Numbered from the stretch's first letter, positions 40,114-50,292 are shown. The stretch is DNA of 64,000 nt from an uncultured bacterium (GCA_963713855.1 OY970209.1:928001-992000), one strand, 5' to 3'. Numbers and translations are program-made. The notes: a model not told the origin generated them from the letters alone.

Positions 40114-40491
40114 TTACTCGTGTGCACGTGTATAGGTGGTAATTACGTTACCATTACTATCTAAGCCAAGATTTATGGATGAGTTATCACACGTAGTTGG
40201 CAGCCCGGCAGGATTTTTGGGCAGACCTACATTGAAAGGTTTAAGGATCTTACCAGTTGGATCCAGTAACTGGCCGCCGACGCCTGTAAAGCAACAAAGT
40301 ATACCCGTACCTGCGTTCAATTTTTGCGTCATTCCCGGTTGAAGGTTGAATGTAGCATTGCTACACCAATAGGGAGTATAGACGGTAGCCGTCATGGGAT
40401 AGGTAGTGTAATTAGCTAACTGGATATACGTACCTAAACAAAAATTTGTTAGAGTGAGCACAGCTAGTAAAGCTATTCGGTAAAAAATCAT
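40114..40491 (-). CDS. Small secreted Cys-containing protein
   Basis: Signal peptide, GAGGGG RBS, motifs NYTTYP, LQPG, CCFT. Confidence 0.75.
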   Translation of the reverse strand: MIFYRIALLAVLTLTNFCLGTYIQLANYTTYPMTATVYTPYWCSNATFNLQPGMTQKLNAGTGILCCFTGVGGQLLDPTGKILKPFNVGLPKNPAGLPTTCDNSSINLGLDSNGNVITTYTRAHE

Positions 40492-41192
40492 TTTTCATCC
40501 CCCTCATTAATTAATAAGCTAATTTTGGGTTGTATACTTATGATAAACAAATAAAGTAAAAACGTGCAATAATTTCTGGATCATGTAGTAAGAAAGAGGA
40601 TATTTTAAAATTTTATTATGCCTGGAAGAGCAAGGAGACTCCTATATATTTATAATAAATAAATTTTATACAAATATGCAATAATTATTGTTCAGCGATG
40701 AAAGAATGGGCTTATGAGTCATTTAAAATATTGCAACAGTCACCAAACGCTTGTCAAAGATGCTGGGCGAAAGACAATCCCGAGACAGGCTCGCCTTAAC
40801 TAAGGTTTACCTGAAGAAGGTCAACTTGGTAAAGCTCGGTTTTGTATACAGGAGAGCATCGATCAAGAGAATCAAAGTGGTTAAAACTTATTGAGAGATA
40901 TTAGGACTATCGAGTAGCAGTCATCAAAGCGGTTTAAAACCGTCTCAAAGAAGTATACCGCAGAAAAGCTTATTATTGAGTTCCAGAAAAGTTTTACAAG
41001 GGATTTCTGGGCGTAAGGGCGCTAGTGCCCATAAGTTGATTGATATCTTGTTAGAAATTCATTATTTTTAGGTTTCTATAAAGAATCCTAATTTTACTTA
41101 TGACAAAACATGATTTATAGTGTTGATTGTGCAGCAATGCGTTGTGGAGGGCTTGTTCCTTGGGCTTGTAAACGTTAGTAAAGGTTTAAATA

Positions 41193-42749
41193 GTGCTTAT
41201 AAAAAAATCGAGTGTATTTTTATTTTTAGTTATGGCTCAGCACACTTATCCAATGGAATATTCAAGCGAGGCTGGAAATAACTTATTTAGGGCTATTAGG
41301 CAGCTTGAAATTTCACAATTTCGCACTATCGTAGAGCAAGGTGCGGATATCAATGAAGTCAACGTTGATGGATATACCCCATTAACCTTTGCTTTACGTA
41401 TTAATCTGCCACTTGAGGGTATTAGGACGCTTCTTGAAGTTGGCGCTGATCCGTGCCTTACAGACCGAGTTGGCTCTATGCCGCTGGTATTAGCCATTGA
41501 GCTGCGAAATACGCCTGCTTTACAGCACATGCTAAACTTTGTTCCTGACATTAATATGCGAGTTAACGGAGGGAGAGATTCTTTATCAACCTACGCAGCT
41601 TCTTACGGAAATTATGAAGCTGTCGAAGCTTTATTCAACGGAGGTATATCTGAATCACTTACCAATGAAGAGAAAAAAGATGTTTTTCTGATAGAAAAAA
41701 ATGAACTCGGAGAGGTTCAGGTTGAAGACGGACTTAAGGGCAATCATGACTATTACTATAAAATTAAGATGTTAAGTTATGAGGCGCGTTTCAGGGCCAA
41801 TGAGGGTCCTCTTGAGGAACTCGTTCGAGATTTGATTGAAGTTCAAAACTCGAAACTTCCCGCGGATGAATTTGAGTCAGCGTATACCGAATCAATAAAC
41901 AGAATAAGAGAAGGTGTAGAGGCAGGAATGGGGTTAAATATTCAGTTTTGTGACCTTTTACATATTATTTATTATCACCTCCATCCAACACCTGAGGTGC
42001 AGTCTTTGCTTAGATTGTTATACGTGTCCGGTTTAAGACGAACTGATTGGCAAGAAGAAGATACGATGTATCCTATTCCTTATTTTGATCATAAAATATA
42101 TATGGACTTAATTCGACACGGCTTTTATTTTGAGAGTGAAAAGATTCGCAAGGCGCTGTCTGCCCGATTAAGTGATCGTTTAGTCCGCGATATCGTTTGG
42201 ACATCTTGTGAAGGTTATTTCTCAAAGCAAATTGTTGAAGACCTTAAAAAAGAAAAAGATTCTTTTTCTAAGGAAAGACTATATGTTATTTTTATGCTCG
42301 CAATCGGACGGCATCAGACTTTTCCGGATCTGGCTTTGGAGATGTTAAAAATTTTTGGGGAGCGGCTACCTATAGTCAAAGGGTTTATGCATGCAATATC
42401 AACTAATAATTTTAGTTTTGTCAGATCTCTTGCAACCATGTACGGTCATATGTTTACTCCTCATCAACTTCAGCAAGCGTTAAATCGAGCTGTCATAAGA
42501 GGCAGCGTTCAGATCGTTCAGTACTTGCTTTTAAAGATAAAAGAAAGCGTTAATATAGACATGGCTATTGAACTGGCTCACACAAGATTGACAAATTCGG
42601 CTCTTGGCAGCGAAATAAGAAACCGTTACCAAAAGATATATGATGCGCTGGTAGCTTGGCAACTTTCTGCTGCACCATCAACTCAATTACCGAATCCTCC
42701 TGATTTTTCTATGACTAGGGAGCCTCATCATTCGGTCAATCCTAATTGA
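41193..42749 (+). CDS. Ankyrin repeat protein with signal peptide
   Basis: GADIN...GYTPLTFA, GADP...GSMPLVLA; degenerate ankyrin-like repeats at C-terminus. Confidence 0.85.
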   Translation: MLIKKSSVFLFLVMAQHTYPMEYSSEAGNNLFRAIRQLEISQFRTIVEQGADINEVNVDGYTPLTFALRINLPLEGIRTLLEVGADPCLTDRVGSMPLVLAIELRNTPALQHMLNFVPDINMRVNGGRDSLSTYAASYGNYEAVEALFNGGISESLTNEEKKDVFLIEKNELGEVQVEDGLKGNHDYYYKIKMLSYEARFRANEGPLEELVRDLIEVQNSKLPADEFESAYTESINRIREGVEAGMGLNIQFCDLLHIIYYHLHPTPEVQSLLRLLYVSGLRRTDWQEEDTMYPIPYFDHKIYMDLIRHGFYFESEKIRKALSARLSDRLVRDIVWTSCEGYFSKQIVEDLKKEKDSFSKERLYVIFMLAIGRHQTFPDLALEMLKIFGERLPIVKGFMHAISTNNFSFVRSLATMYGHMFTPHQLQQALNRAVIRGSVQIVQYLLLKIKESVNIDMAIELAHTRLTNSALGSEIRNRYQKIYDALVAWQLSAAPSTQLPNPPDFSMTREPHHSVNPN

Positions 42750-42888
42750 GTAGTAGAACCTTCTCATGAACTAGGTTGCTTGTATTTTCTCGTTAGATAA
42801 CGTTGCTTGTAAAAGAAAACGATATATGCAATCCTAAGAATTTGAGCTATTTTCTGCATAAGCAAATATCATTCAGGAGCTTATCTAT

Positions 42889-44127
42889 ATGATAGATTTG
42901 AATTTGTTAAGAGAACATCCGGAGCAAGTAATAAACGCGGTTAAAAGAAAAGATCCGTATTTTGCCATCGATGATTTAATTCAGCTTGACCAGCGACTGA
43001 GAAACCTAAAGACACAAGTAGACACTTTACGTGCTGAAAAGAACGAATTGGCTCGTAGTGCTCAAAAAGGCGTGACGCAAGAAATCCGCGAACGGTCCAA
43101 GGCGCTTGAGCCTTTATTAAAGGACACTGAGCTTGAGTTTAAAGTTGTGCAGAAGGAATTTGAAGCGTTGTATCTTTTTTGTCCCAATTTGCCTGCTGAA
43201 GATGTACCCAAAGGCAATAAGGAGTCTAATCAAGTGGTACGAGTGTGGGGTGAGCGTCCAACGTTTACTTTTGCTCCTAAAAATCACGTCGAGCTTGGAG
43301 AGCGCATGGGCTGGTTTGACTTTGGGGCAGCCGCTCGGATGACCGGCTCTAACTTCGTTTTGTATAAAAACGACGGTGTTAACCTTATGTATGCCCTTGC
43401 GTTATTTATGTATATGAACAATAGAAAACACGGGTTTGACCCTGTTCTTCCTCCCTATCTTGTTAACGAATCGGCTTTAATAGGGGCGAGTAACTTTCCC
43501 CGTTTTAGGGAAGACGTGTACGAAATTGCTCGAGAAAAACTATATTTAACCCCGACTTCTGAAGTAAATCTTGCAAACGTATATCGCGATCATATATTCT
43601 CAGTTACAGAGCTACCTAAAAGAATGACATCTTGGACGAGTTGCTTTAGACGGGAAGCTGGAGGATACGGCGCTACCGAGCGCGGTCTCATTCGCATCCA
43701 CCAATTTGAAAAGGTTGAGCTCTATACGCTCTGTAAGCCAGAGGAATCTGAACAAGAGCAAGAGCGCATGCTGCGAACAGCTGAAGAACTTCTGCAAAAG
43801 CTAGGTTTACACTACAGAGTAAGCTTGCTTGCTGCGCAAGATTGTTCTTTTGCTTCGGCAAAAACGTATGATCTAGAAGTTTGGATGCCAGGGCAGGGTG
43901 AATACAAAGAGGTGTCGTCTATAAGTAACTGTACCGATTTTCAGGCTCGTCGCTGTGGTATACGCTTTAAGCGAGACCCGCAGGGAAAGTCTGCGTTGGT
44001 ACATACGCTCAATGGTTCTTCTTTAGCGTTGCCGCGCGTGTTTGTCGCGCTTATGGAAACGTATCAAAAAGAGGATGGAACCCTGAAATTGCCGGAATTT
44101 TTACATGAGGTGGCATTTTCTTGGTGA
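42889..44127 (+). CDS. serS: Serine--tRNA ligase
   Basis: PTSEV, FRREAG, RIHQFEKVE, EVSSISNC, HTLNGS. Confidence 0.98.
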   Translation: MIDLNLLREHPEQVINAVKRKDPYFAIDDLIQLDQRLRNLKTQVDTLRAEKNELARSAQKGVTQEIRERSKALEPLLKDTELEFKVVQKEFEALYLFCPNLPAEDVPKGNKESNQVVRVWGERPTFTFAPKNHVELGERMGWFDFGAAARMTGSNFVLYKNDGVNLMYALALFMYMNNRKHGFDPVLPPYLVNESALIGASNFPRFREDVYEIAREKLYLTPTSEVNLANVYRDHIFSVTELPKRMTSWTSCFRREAGGYGATERGLIRIHQFEKVELYTLCKPEESEQEQERMLRTAEELLQKLGLHYRVSLLAAQDCSFASAKTYDLEVWMPGQGEYKEVSSISNCTDFQARRCGIRFKRDPQGKSALVHTLNGSSLALPRVFVALMETYQKEDGTLKLPEFLHEVAFSW

Positions 44128-44316
44128 GCATCCCCCTCTTGACACGTCTGGTAAACTTAAAATATATAGGGTTTTAGGTTTTTCGGGTCTACGCAAACCC
44201 GAAGGTGTCTAAAATCATATATAAGTACGCAAAAGCCATGTGATCCAATACTATCAAGGCTCAAGGAAAGGAAGGATGGTTGGAATAATGTGTGCATTTT
44301 TAAGGAGACCACATTC

Positions 44317-44778
44317 ATGGCTAAACATGTGGGCATTAAATTGCCAGACGACTTACTTCCTCTGTTAAAAGCAGAGAAAACAATAGCAGTTCTAGCTACC
44401 TTTTCCGAAAAGGGGCTACCCCATGCCACACCCTTGCAGTGGGTGTACCCAAAAGGCCTTGAAAGTATACTAATTACTATTCATAAGGACCATGAAGGCT
44501 ATCACAATATGGTATGGCAGAAAAAAGTCATGCTCAACTTCTTGGATGAGAATGATGTAGCATACAGTATACTCGGAAGAGCTGGTGTAGTAAGAGCACC
44601 TTCAAATGTTCATCCTCTTATGAATGTTGTACGGCTTGATATTATCGATATTAAGAGCGATAAATCACCAATCGTACGCGTTAATAAAGGGGTTTCTTGG
44701 GCTTATACATCACCTGAAGCCGAAGAACTAGGTAATGCACTCATGGGTGAGCTTAAGGAATTAGCCACTAGCCTTTAA
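44317..44778 (+). CDS. Pyridoxamine 5'-phosphate oxidase-like (split barrel) protein
   Basis: VLAT...G.PH.TP pattern; AAGGAG RBS. Confidence 0.7.
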   Translation: MAKHVGIKLPDDLLPLLKAEKTIAVLATFSEKGLPHATPLQWVYPKGLESILITIHKDHEGYHNMVWQKKVMLNFLDENDVAYSILGRAGVVRAPSNVHPLMNVVRLDIIDIKSDKSPIVRVNKGVSWAYTSPEAEELGNALMGELKELATSL

Positions 44779-44799
44779 ATAGTGCTGAAGGTGAAAGAT

Positions 44800-45768
44800 A
44801 TGATTGTAAGAAAGAGAACGAAGCTCTGTGTTGCATGTGCGTTACACGCATCGTGTATCGCGATGCAGCCGGCAAAACCAGCATTGCCTTTGCAGGCAGA
44901 AAAGTGGCTTCCTGCGCCCGCGTTACCACAGGAAGCGTTCTTTGATGAAACACGGGGCAATTTTTACTATAAGCGCGAGTACTATAGAAAAGCACGAGAA
45001 GCTTATGACACGCTTCGTCAAAAAGTTGATCAGCTTGGGGGGGTTAAAAATGCTTTTTTTAAGAGGCGATCTTATATCGATAAAGAGGTTGCAGATTTCA
45101 ATGCAAGCCTTGGCTTTGAGGAAGGACGCATAGATGAAGTATTACAAGAGCTTTCTCAAGGCATTACCCATGAACGTCAGGAAATGATCGAACTCACTGA
45201 AGAAGAGCGAGAACTTGAGCGCCAAGTTAAAGAAAAAAAGCAAACACTTGACCAGCTTAAGTTGGATTTATCGGTATTGGGCAATCTGGATGGTGCTCTC
45301 GATGAAAGCATTGGCAAAGTGCTTCAAACTATGAGCCAAGCACGCTCGTATCAAGAAAAAGGATGGCAAAGCTATAAAGCGATCGGAGCTGAGCTTAATG
45401 ATCGTAAAGCTGAGCAGCTTTACCTTTCTATTCAAACCGATATTACTAATGTTGAAGGGCTCATCAAATACCTAAAAGGTACTTTAGATCCGTACATTTC
45501 TCAAAAAGTTCAAGAGATTGATGGCTTCATGAGCAAGATTCGTGCGGGTGTTAACCAGCTTAAGGACCAGGGTATAACGCTGTCTAAAGAGCTTGCCGAA
45601 CAAGAAGCTTTAGATAAAAAACGCAAAGAAGAAGAGCTCAAAAAAGAGCTTGAAGCACAAGCTCAAGCAAAAAAAAGAGCTCAATCAACGTGGTGGCAAC
45701 GCTTTAAAGGCTTTGTAGGGGGATTATGGGCTACGATTTTTGGCGGTAAGACTGTTAAAAAGACGTAG
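44800..45768 (+). CDS. Hypothetical secreted coiled-coil protein
   Basis: Signal-like N-terminus, long heptad repeats, amphipathic WW tail. Confidence 0.7.
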   Translation: MIVRKRTKLCVACALHASCIAMQPAKPALPLQAEKWLPAPALPQEAFFDETRGNFYYKREYYRKAREAYDTLRQKVDQLGGVKNAFFKRRSYIDKEVADFNASLGFEEGRIDEVLQELSQGITHERQEMIELTEEERELERQVKEKKQTLDQLKLDLSVLGNLDGALDESIGKVLQTMSQARSYQEKGWQSYKAIGAELNDRKAEQLYLSIQTDITNVEGLIKYLKGTLDPYISQKVQEIDGFMSKIRAGVNQLKDQGITLSKELAEQEALDKKRKEEELKKELEAQAQAKKRAQSTWWQRFKGFVGGLWATIFGGKTVKKT

Positions 45769-45786
45769 TTAAGTTTTTATATTATG

Positions 45787-45811
45787 GAGGGATAGTTTAC
45801 GACTATCCCTC
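45787..45811. terminator. Intrinsic terminator between convergent genes
   Basis: GAGGGATAGT-ttacg-ACTATCCCTC. Confidence 0.75.
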
Positions 45812-45823
45812 TTTCTACGAAAA

Positions 45824-46443
45824 TTATCTAGTAAGGCTAGCAAACCAGGAGTTTCTTGCATTTTGATTGCGTTCATCTATACGTTGCTGAATCATTTGGC
45901 AAAGTTGTTCTACTTGAACATCTAATGGCACACAAAGACCAAAGAAACAAAACGCCTTACAAGCATCTATAGGATACAAGTCGTTTTCATGATTGGGCGT
46001 TAGCTTCATAATGATATCTCTCAGTGCGACAAAATCTTCACGGTTTTTTTGTCTTGAGAGCATAAATAGTTAAGCGCCCAAGCAAATCTTACTTTGGGAT
46101 TTAGTCTGAATTCATCATAACAATTGCTCCACGCTCTTTCATAGGCATTTTCTAAAAGCTCTTTATGATTGTATTGAATTGCGAGTTCAATAACTTTCCT
46201 GATAGCGTAATCTCTGCTAAATCTCTGCTGAAGCTCATCGAAACTACTAATGTCACAGGCCACTGCTCTGATCTCATCAAAGTCTCTCTTCTCTTTAAGA
46301 AGGTTTTCTAATATGTTTATCTTTTCTTCTGGCGTAATGAGATGCGAGCATTCGCTTTGCATGTGCTTTTTGCAATCCACATTTCCTTGTACACTAAGAA
46401 CGAATCCCATAATCAGCAATCCGAGGTGATGGACATTCTTCAT
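45824..46443 (-). CDS. Hypothetical secreted protein, apparent -1 frameshift near T7 run 46044-46050
   Basis: Two overlapping ORFs (46021..46443, 45824..46063) join with one extra base; AAGGAG RBS and signal peptide. Confidence 0.55.
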
Positions 46444-46545
46444 ATGCTCTCCTTTAACGGTGAAAATCCTACTGTAGTATATTTGGATATGGCAAATTGT
46501 CTATTAAGGCTACAACGGGTAATTATTTTTTGTAACAAAATCTAG

Positions 46546-46903
46546 GTAGTGTCCCTGAATAGTAAGGCAAAGAAAAATAGGCGCCTACGCGGCGCGGGCG
46601 GCAGGACCCTCCACTAATCGCCCTCTGCGATGGCTGTTGCGGACCAATCATGCCTTACTTGGCATGGTATGGTTCCTGCACCTGTTGCTTGTTTTGAGTG
46701 TTCCATATACTTATGCTGTATGAGATAGACCGGTAAACCCGGTCTATCTCATAGGCACATATACCAGAAAGGGAAGCCTTTCTGGTATATTAACCTACAT
46801 ATAAAGTTTAAGCGGGGTTGGGGAAAGGGCATAAAGCCTGGGTCAAGGGTGTCTACCCTTGCGCTCGCCGCGTAGGCGTAAGCTTGCCTGATTTTTATTT
46901 GTA
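46546..46903. mobile_element. Non-coding, highly structured element (MITE-like or structured RNA) flanked by 12-bp direct repeat
   Basis: AACAAAATCTAG at 46534-46545 and 46904-46915; 13-bp inverted repeat 46582-46594/46866-46878; internal 15-bp and 14-bp perfect hairpins. Confidence 0.55.
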
Positions 46904-47037
46904 AACAAAATCTAGCTTTGCAGCTTTGGCGATCTTTGCATGGTTTTAGGATAGCTTAATGCCCTAAAAATGATTTGCTAAGGCTCTTTTTCTATGATAT
47001 TTTAGTAAGTATATTTACCTACATATATATGTAAAAA

Positions 47038-47124
47038 GCGGAAGTGGTGGAATTGGCAGACACGCAGCTTTGAGGGGGCTGTGGAGGAAACTCCGTGGGG
47101 GTTCGAGTCCCTTCTTCCGCACCA
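47038..47124 (+). tRNA. tRNA-Leu (GAG)
   Basis: GCGGAAG acceptor, TT-GAG-GG loop, long variable arm, CCA end. Confidence 0.97.
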
Positions 47125-47140
47125 AGTTAAAAGGAACAAA

Positions 47141-48697
47141 ATGGCAGTGGCAGTAAGGCGTTTTTTGTTTTCAAGTCTGGCATTGTGGATAGCTGTTACC
47201 CTTGTGGGTGCCTACTTTCTCTTGCATGTAAGAAAATTTATCAATCTCGGCGTCGACCTTGTTGGTGGCACATACATTACGCTAAAAGTTCAGACCGAAA
47301 AAGCGGTCGAATCTGAGCTTGCCCACAAGGCCCAGTCGCTTGTGTCGATTCTTAAGTCTAATAATCAGCCTGCTCCTGACTCGGTTACCGTTACCCTTCA
47401 TGAAGCTTCTCTTAATTTCCCAAATGAAGATACAGCCCGCAAGGCTGAAAACTTCCTCATATCACAAGAGCTTGGCGGCCGTTTTGCTCGTGAATCTACC
47501 GCTTTAAAGGTTAGGCTTACAAAAGAGGAAAAGCTAGCAATTGAAAGGGAGGCCGTTGAAGGCAATATGCGCATTCTCGAAAGACGGCTTAATCCTTATG
47601 GGGCCGAGGAAGTTTCGATTATAAAACAGGGTGAGCGAAATATCATTATAGAGCTTCCTAATGTTCATGATACACAACAAGCTAAAGCTATGATTGGTAA
47701 GACTGCTTTGCTTGAAATTAAGCTTGTAGAGGATGTAGGAAGAAGTCCTGAAGACCTTTTAAAGCGGCATGGTGGTAAAATTCCCGAGGACATGGTGATC
47801 GCAAAAGGGCAAGAGCGGGGAGGCGATGGTCTTTACTATTACCTAGTGCCCAAGTATACCGATCTAACTGGTAGGCTTTTGAAAGATGCTGTCGCTGATG
47901 TTGGTGGTGAATTAGGAACGACTCCTACGGTGAAAATCCGCTTTAATGCCGAGGGCGCTGATAAATTTTATGATATAACAAGTAAGAATATAGGTCGTTC
48001 GGCCGCTATTCTTTTGGATAATGTGGTTATTACCGCTCCTCGCATAAATAGCGCAATTCGAGAATCGGGCGAAATTTCAGGTTCCATGACTATGCACGAT
48101 GCCCAAAACCTTGCGACACTTCTTAATGCAGGTGCATTTACGGCTCCCGTCAGCTTTGAGCAAGAGCTTCATATAGGTCCTTCTTTGGGTTACGAATCGA
48201 TCAGGAGCGGACTTATGGCTTGTGCTATCGGTCTTGGCGCTTTACTTATTTTTGCAGTTGCAATATATAAGATGTCCGGACTTCTGGCTTTTATCGTTTT
48301 ACTCTATAATATCCTTCTTATTTTATTTGGCTTTTACTGGCTGAAGGCTACTTTGACTTTGCCTGGTATAGCAGGTATGATTTTAACAGTTGGTATGGCA
48401 ATAGATGCCTCTATTCTCATTTATGAGCGCATTAAAGAAGAACTCGCAGCTGGCCTTCCCTTTAGAAAGGCCGTTGACGAAGGTTTTTCTGGAGCATTAG
48501 CTGTTATTTTAGATGCTAACATAACCCATTTCATAGTTGCTGTTGTGCTCTATAAATTTGGTGCGGGGCCTATAAGGGGATTTGCCATTGCAATGATCGT
48601 AGGCATCGTGTCAACCTTAATAACGGGGATACTTCTTCTAAAGTCCCTATTTAAGCTTCTGCTTGATGGCTTAGGTTTTAAGCGCATAAGTATTTAA
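47141..48697 (+). CDS. secD: Protein translocase subunit SecD
   Basis: LGVDLVGG, IGKTALLE, IGPSLG, TLTLPGIAGMIL.VGMAIDA, DANIT, GPIRGFA. Confidence 0.96.
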   Translation: MAVAVRRFLFSSLALWIAVTLVGAYFLLHVRKFINLGVDLVGGTYITLKVQTEKAVESELAHKAQSLVSILKSNNQPAPDSVTVTLHEASLNFPNEDTARKAENFLISQELGGRFARESTALKVRLTKEEKLAIEREAVEGNMRILERRLNPYGAEEVSIIKQGERNIIIELPNVHDTQQAKAMIGKTALLEIKLVEDVGRSPEDLLKRHGGKIPEDMVIAKGQERGGDGLYYYLVPKYTDLTGRLLKDAVADVGGELGTTPTVKIRFNAEGADKFYDITSKNIGRSAAILLDNVVITAPRINSAIRESGEISGSMTMHDAQNLATLLNAGAFTAPVSFEQELHIGPSLGYESIRSGLMACAIGLGALLIFAVAIYKMSGLLAFIVLLYNILLILFGFYWLKATLTLPGIAGMILTVGMAIDASILIYERIKEELAAGLPFRKAVDEGFSGALAVILDANITHFIVAVVLYKFGAGPIRGFAIAMIVGIVSTLITGILLLKSLFKLLLDGLGFKRISI

Positions 48698-48705
48698 AGG
48701 TTCGT

Positions 48706-48782
48706 GGCGACGTAGCTCAGCTGGTTAGAGCGGCGGAATCATAATCCGTAGGTCCGGGGTTCAAGTCCCTGCGTCGCCACCA
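48706..48782 (+). tRNA. tRNA-Met (CAT, elongator)
   Basis: Fully paired GGCGACG acceptor, AT-CAT-AA loop, GTTCAAGT, CCA end. Confidence 0.93.
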
Positions 48783-48921
48783 CTTTTTTCGCTCCTCCTT
48801 CTCTCACAAACCATCCTCCCCACTCACACTATAGCCTTTCTCGGTCCGCCACCTGTGAAAATGATATCTTGAAACCACTTGATTTAATTTGCTAATATGT
48901 AATTAATTAAAGGAGTAATAC

Positions 48922-49128
48922 ATGAAGTTTCATATTTTGTTTGCTTTAACAGTATTTGCTTTTTCCGCCCGCCAGCTTCAAGCTTTCTCAACTGGCGGCT
49001 GCCATGGTTTAGATCGGGGTGATGCTTGTACTATTTTTGTGCGTCATAGAGGTGGCGTGGCTGCAAGGCCAGGTACGTGTACAGAGCAGGGAGAAAACCT
49101 TGTCTGTGTTCAAGACCCGAACTATTAA
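48922..49128 (+). CDS. Small secreted 4-Cys peptide
   Basis: AAGGAG RBS, signal peptide, C-x3-DRGDAC...GTC...LVC. Confidence 0.75.
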   Translation: MKFHILFALTVFAFSARQLQAFSTGGCHGLDRGDACTIFVRHRGGVAARPGTCTEQGENLVCVQDPNY

Positions 49129-49260
49129 TAGCTCAGATCTATTTCTTTCAGATTAGGTGAGCATCTTTTTCGGCTTAAGTGTCCTTTTAGGCATTTTTTT
49201 ATGAATCTCTTGTTTACCCCAGTGCTTTCTTGTTACTATTAAGCAATAGAGGAGAAAAAG

Positions 49261-50268
49261 ATGCTTAGAAGCAATCTATTTTTTTTAGCAATAAGTTTAA
49301 TTTTTACTAATGCGCTTATGTGCCCAGAATTTGAGCCACAGGGTGAAGAACCTGGTAAGCCAGAGGAAACTGGTCGAGGAACTGCGCCAAGTGAGACTAT
49401 GCCACCAGTACAAGGTGCCCCTGAGCCTCCAGTAGAAGAAGGCGCGCCAACAACAGTGGGTGGGTTACCAGAAGAGCAACCGGTTGTTCTTCCTACAGGT
49501 AAGGAAGGAGCATCACCCGTAGCACCTTTAGAGGTAGAATATAGGCCAGAACAAATTGCACAGGCTGTTTTTAATCTTAGTACTATGACTCCAGCAGAAA
49601 CTGATGCGACTTTTGCATCGATAGAAAAGGGGACAGTCGAGCCAAAAACGCTTCTTCAGGCGATTACGAATCTTATAAATCCGATAAGAGATAGTATAAC
49701 TGCTTTTGGAGAAGGTCTTGCGAGTAAAGCGAGAGTAATTGTCTCCAGAATTGCAGAACTGGTTGGTATTTTTGAGCAGAAGGTGATTGAGTCACCTGAC
49801 ACTGCTCAACCAGAGTTGCTCGGCGAGACGTCAAAGCTTATTGATTTGTTAGAGACGGGACCGTCTGTTAATGATTTTCGTCAGGCAAGGGATAGTGTAA
49901 ATGGTCTTGCGAGGGTGATACAAAGTGCAAATCGGCTTTCAGAGCTTGGCGGTGAATTTGGTTTTACTTTTAAAAATGGTATTACGCTCAAAAGTTTAAC
50001 TGAGCTAATTCAAGTTAGGGGACCTCAAGCACTTGAAAGACTCGAAAAGATTTACGAAAATAACATTGGAGCTCGGCGCGCGGATATTTCGCCGCAAGAA
50101 GCTTTGACCGATCCTATACTGAAAAGTCTACAAGAAAGGCTTGAATTGACTCGCGAGTCATACAGAAAATTTGATGTTGCCCTGAGAGAGGCGCGATTTC
50201 TAGTCATTTCCGAAACAGCTCGCTTAAAGGCTATGCATTTCATGTACCTCAATCGAAATGAGATATAA
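49261..50268 (+). CDS. Pro/Glu-rich secreted hypothetical protein (paralog A)
   Basis: Signal peptide; extensive similarity to the next gene. Confidence 0.8.
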   Translation: MLRSNLFFLAISLIFTNALMCPEFEPQGEEPGKPEETGRGTAPSETMPPVQGAPEPPVEEGAPTTVGGLPEEQPVVLPTGKEGASPVAPLEVEYRPEQIAQAVFNLSTMTPAETDATFASIEKGTVEPKTLLQAITNLINPIRDSITAFGEGLASKARVIVSRIAELVGIFEQKVIESPDTAQPELLGETSKLIDLLETGPSVNDFRQARDSVNGLARVIQSANRLSELGGEFGFTFKNGITLKSLTELIQVRGPQALERLEKIYENNIGARRADISPQEALTDPILKSLQERLELTRESYRKFDVALREARFLVISETARLKAMHFMYLNRNEI

Positions 50269-50292
50269 TGGGCTTTAAAAATGGAGAAAAAA

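Noticed and set aside
40700..41050. Possible decayed gene upstream of the ankyrin gene
   Set aside because: Stop-riddled, with no motif I can assign.
46546..46903. RNase P RNA, tmRNA or SRP RNA as the identity of the structured element
   Set aside because: No GAGGAAAGUCC, no tRNA-like GGGG...CCA ends and no SRP helix-8 motif on either strand.
47081..47140. N-terminal extension of SecD in the ORF track
   Set aside because: Overlaps tRNA-Leu; the real start is ATG 47141 after AAGGA.
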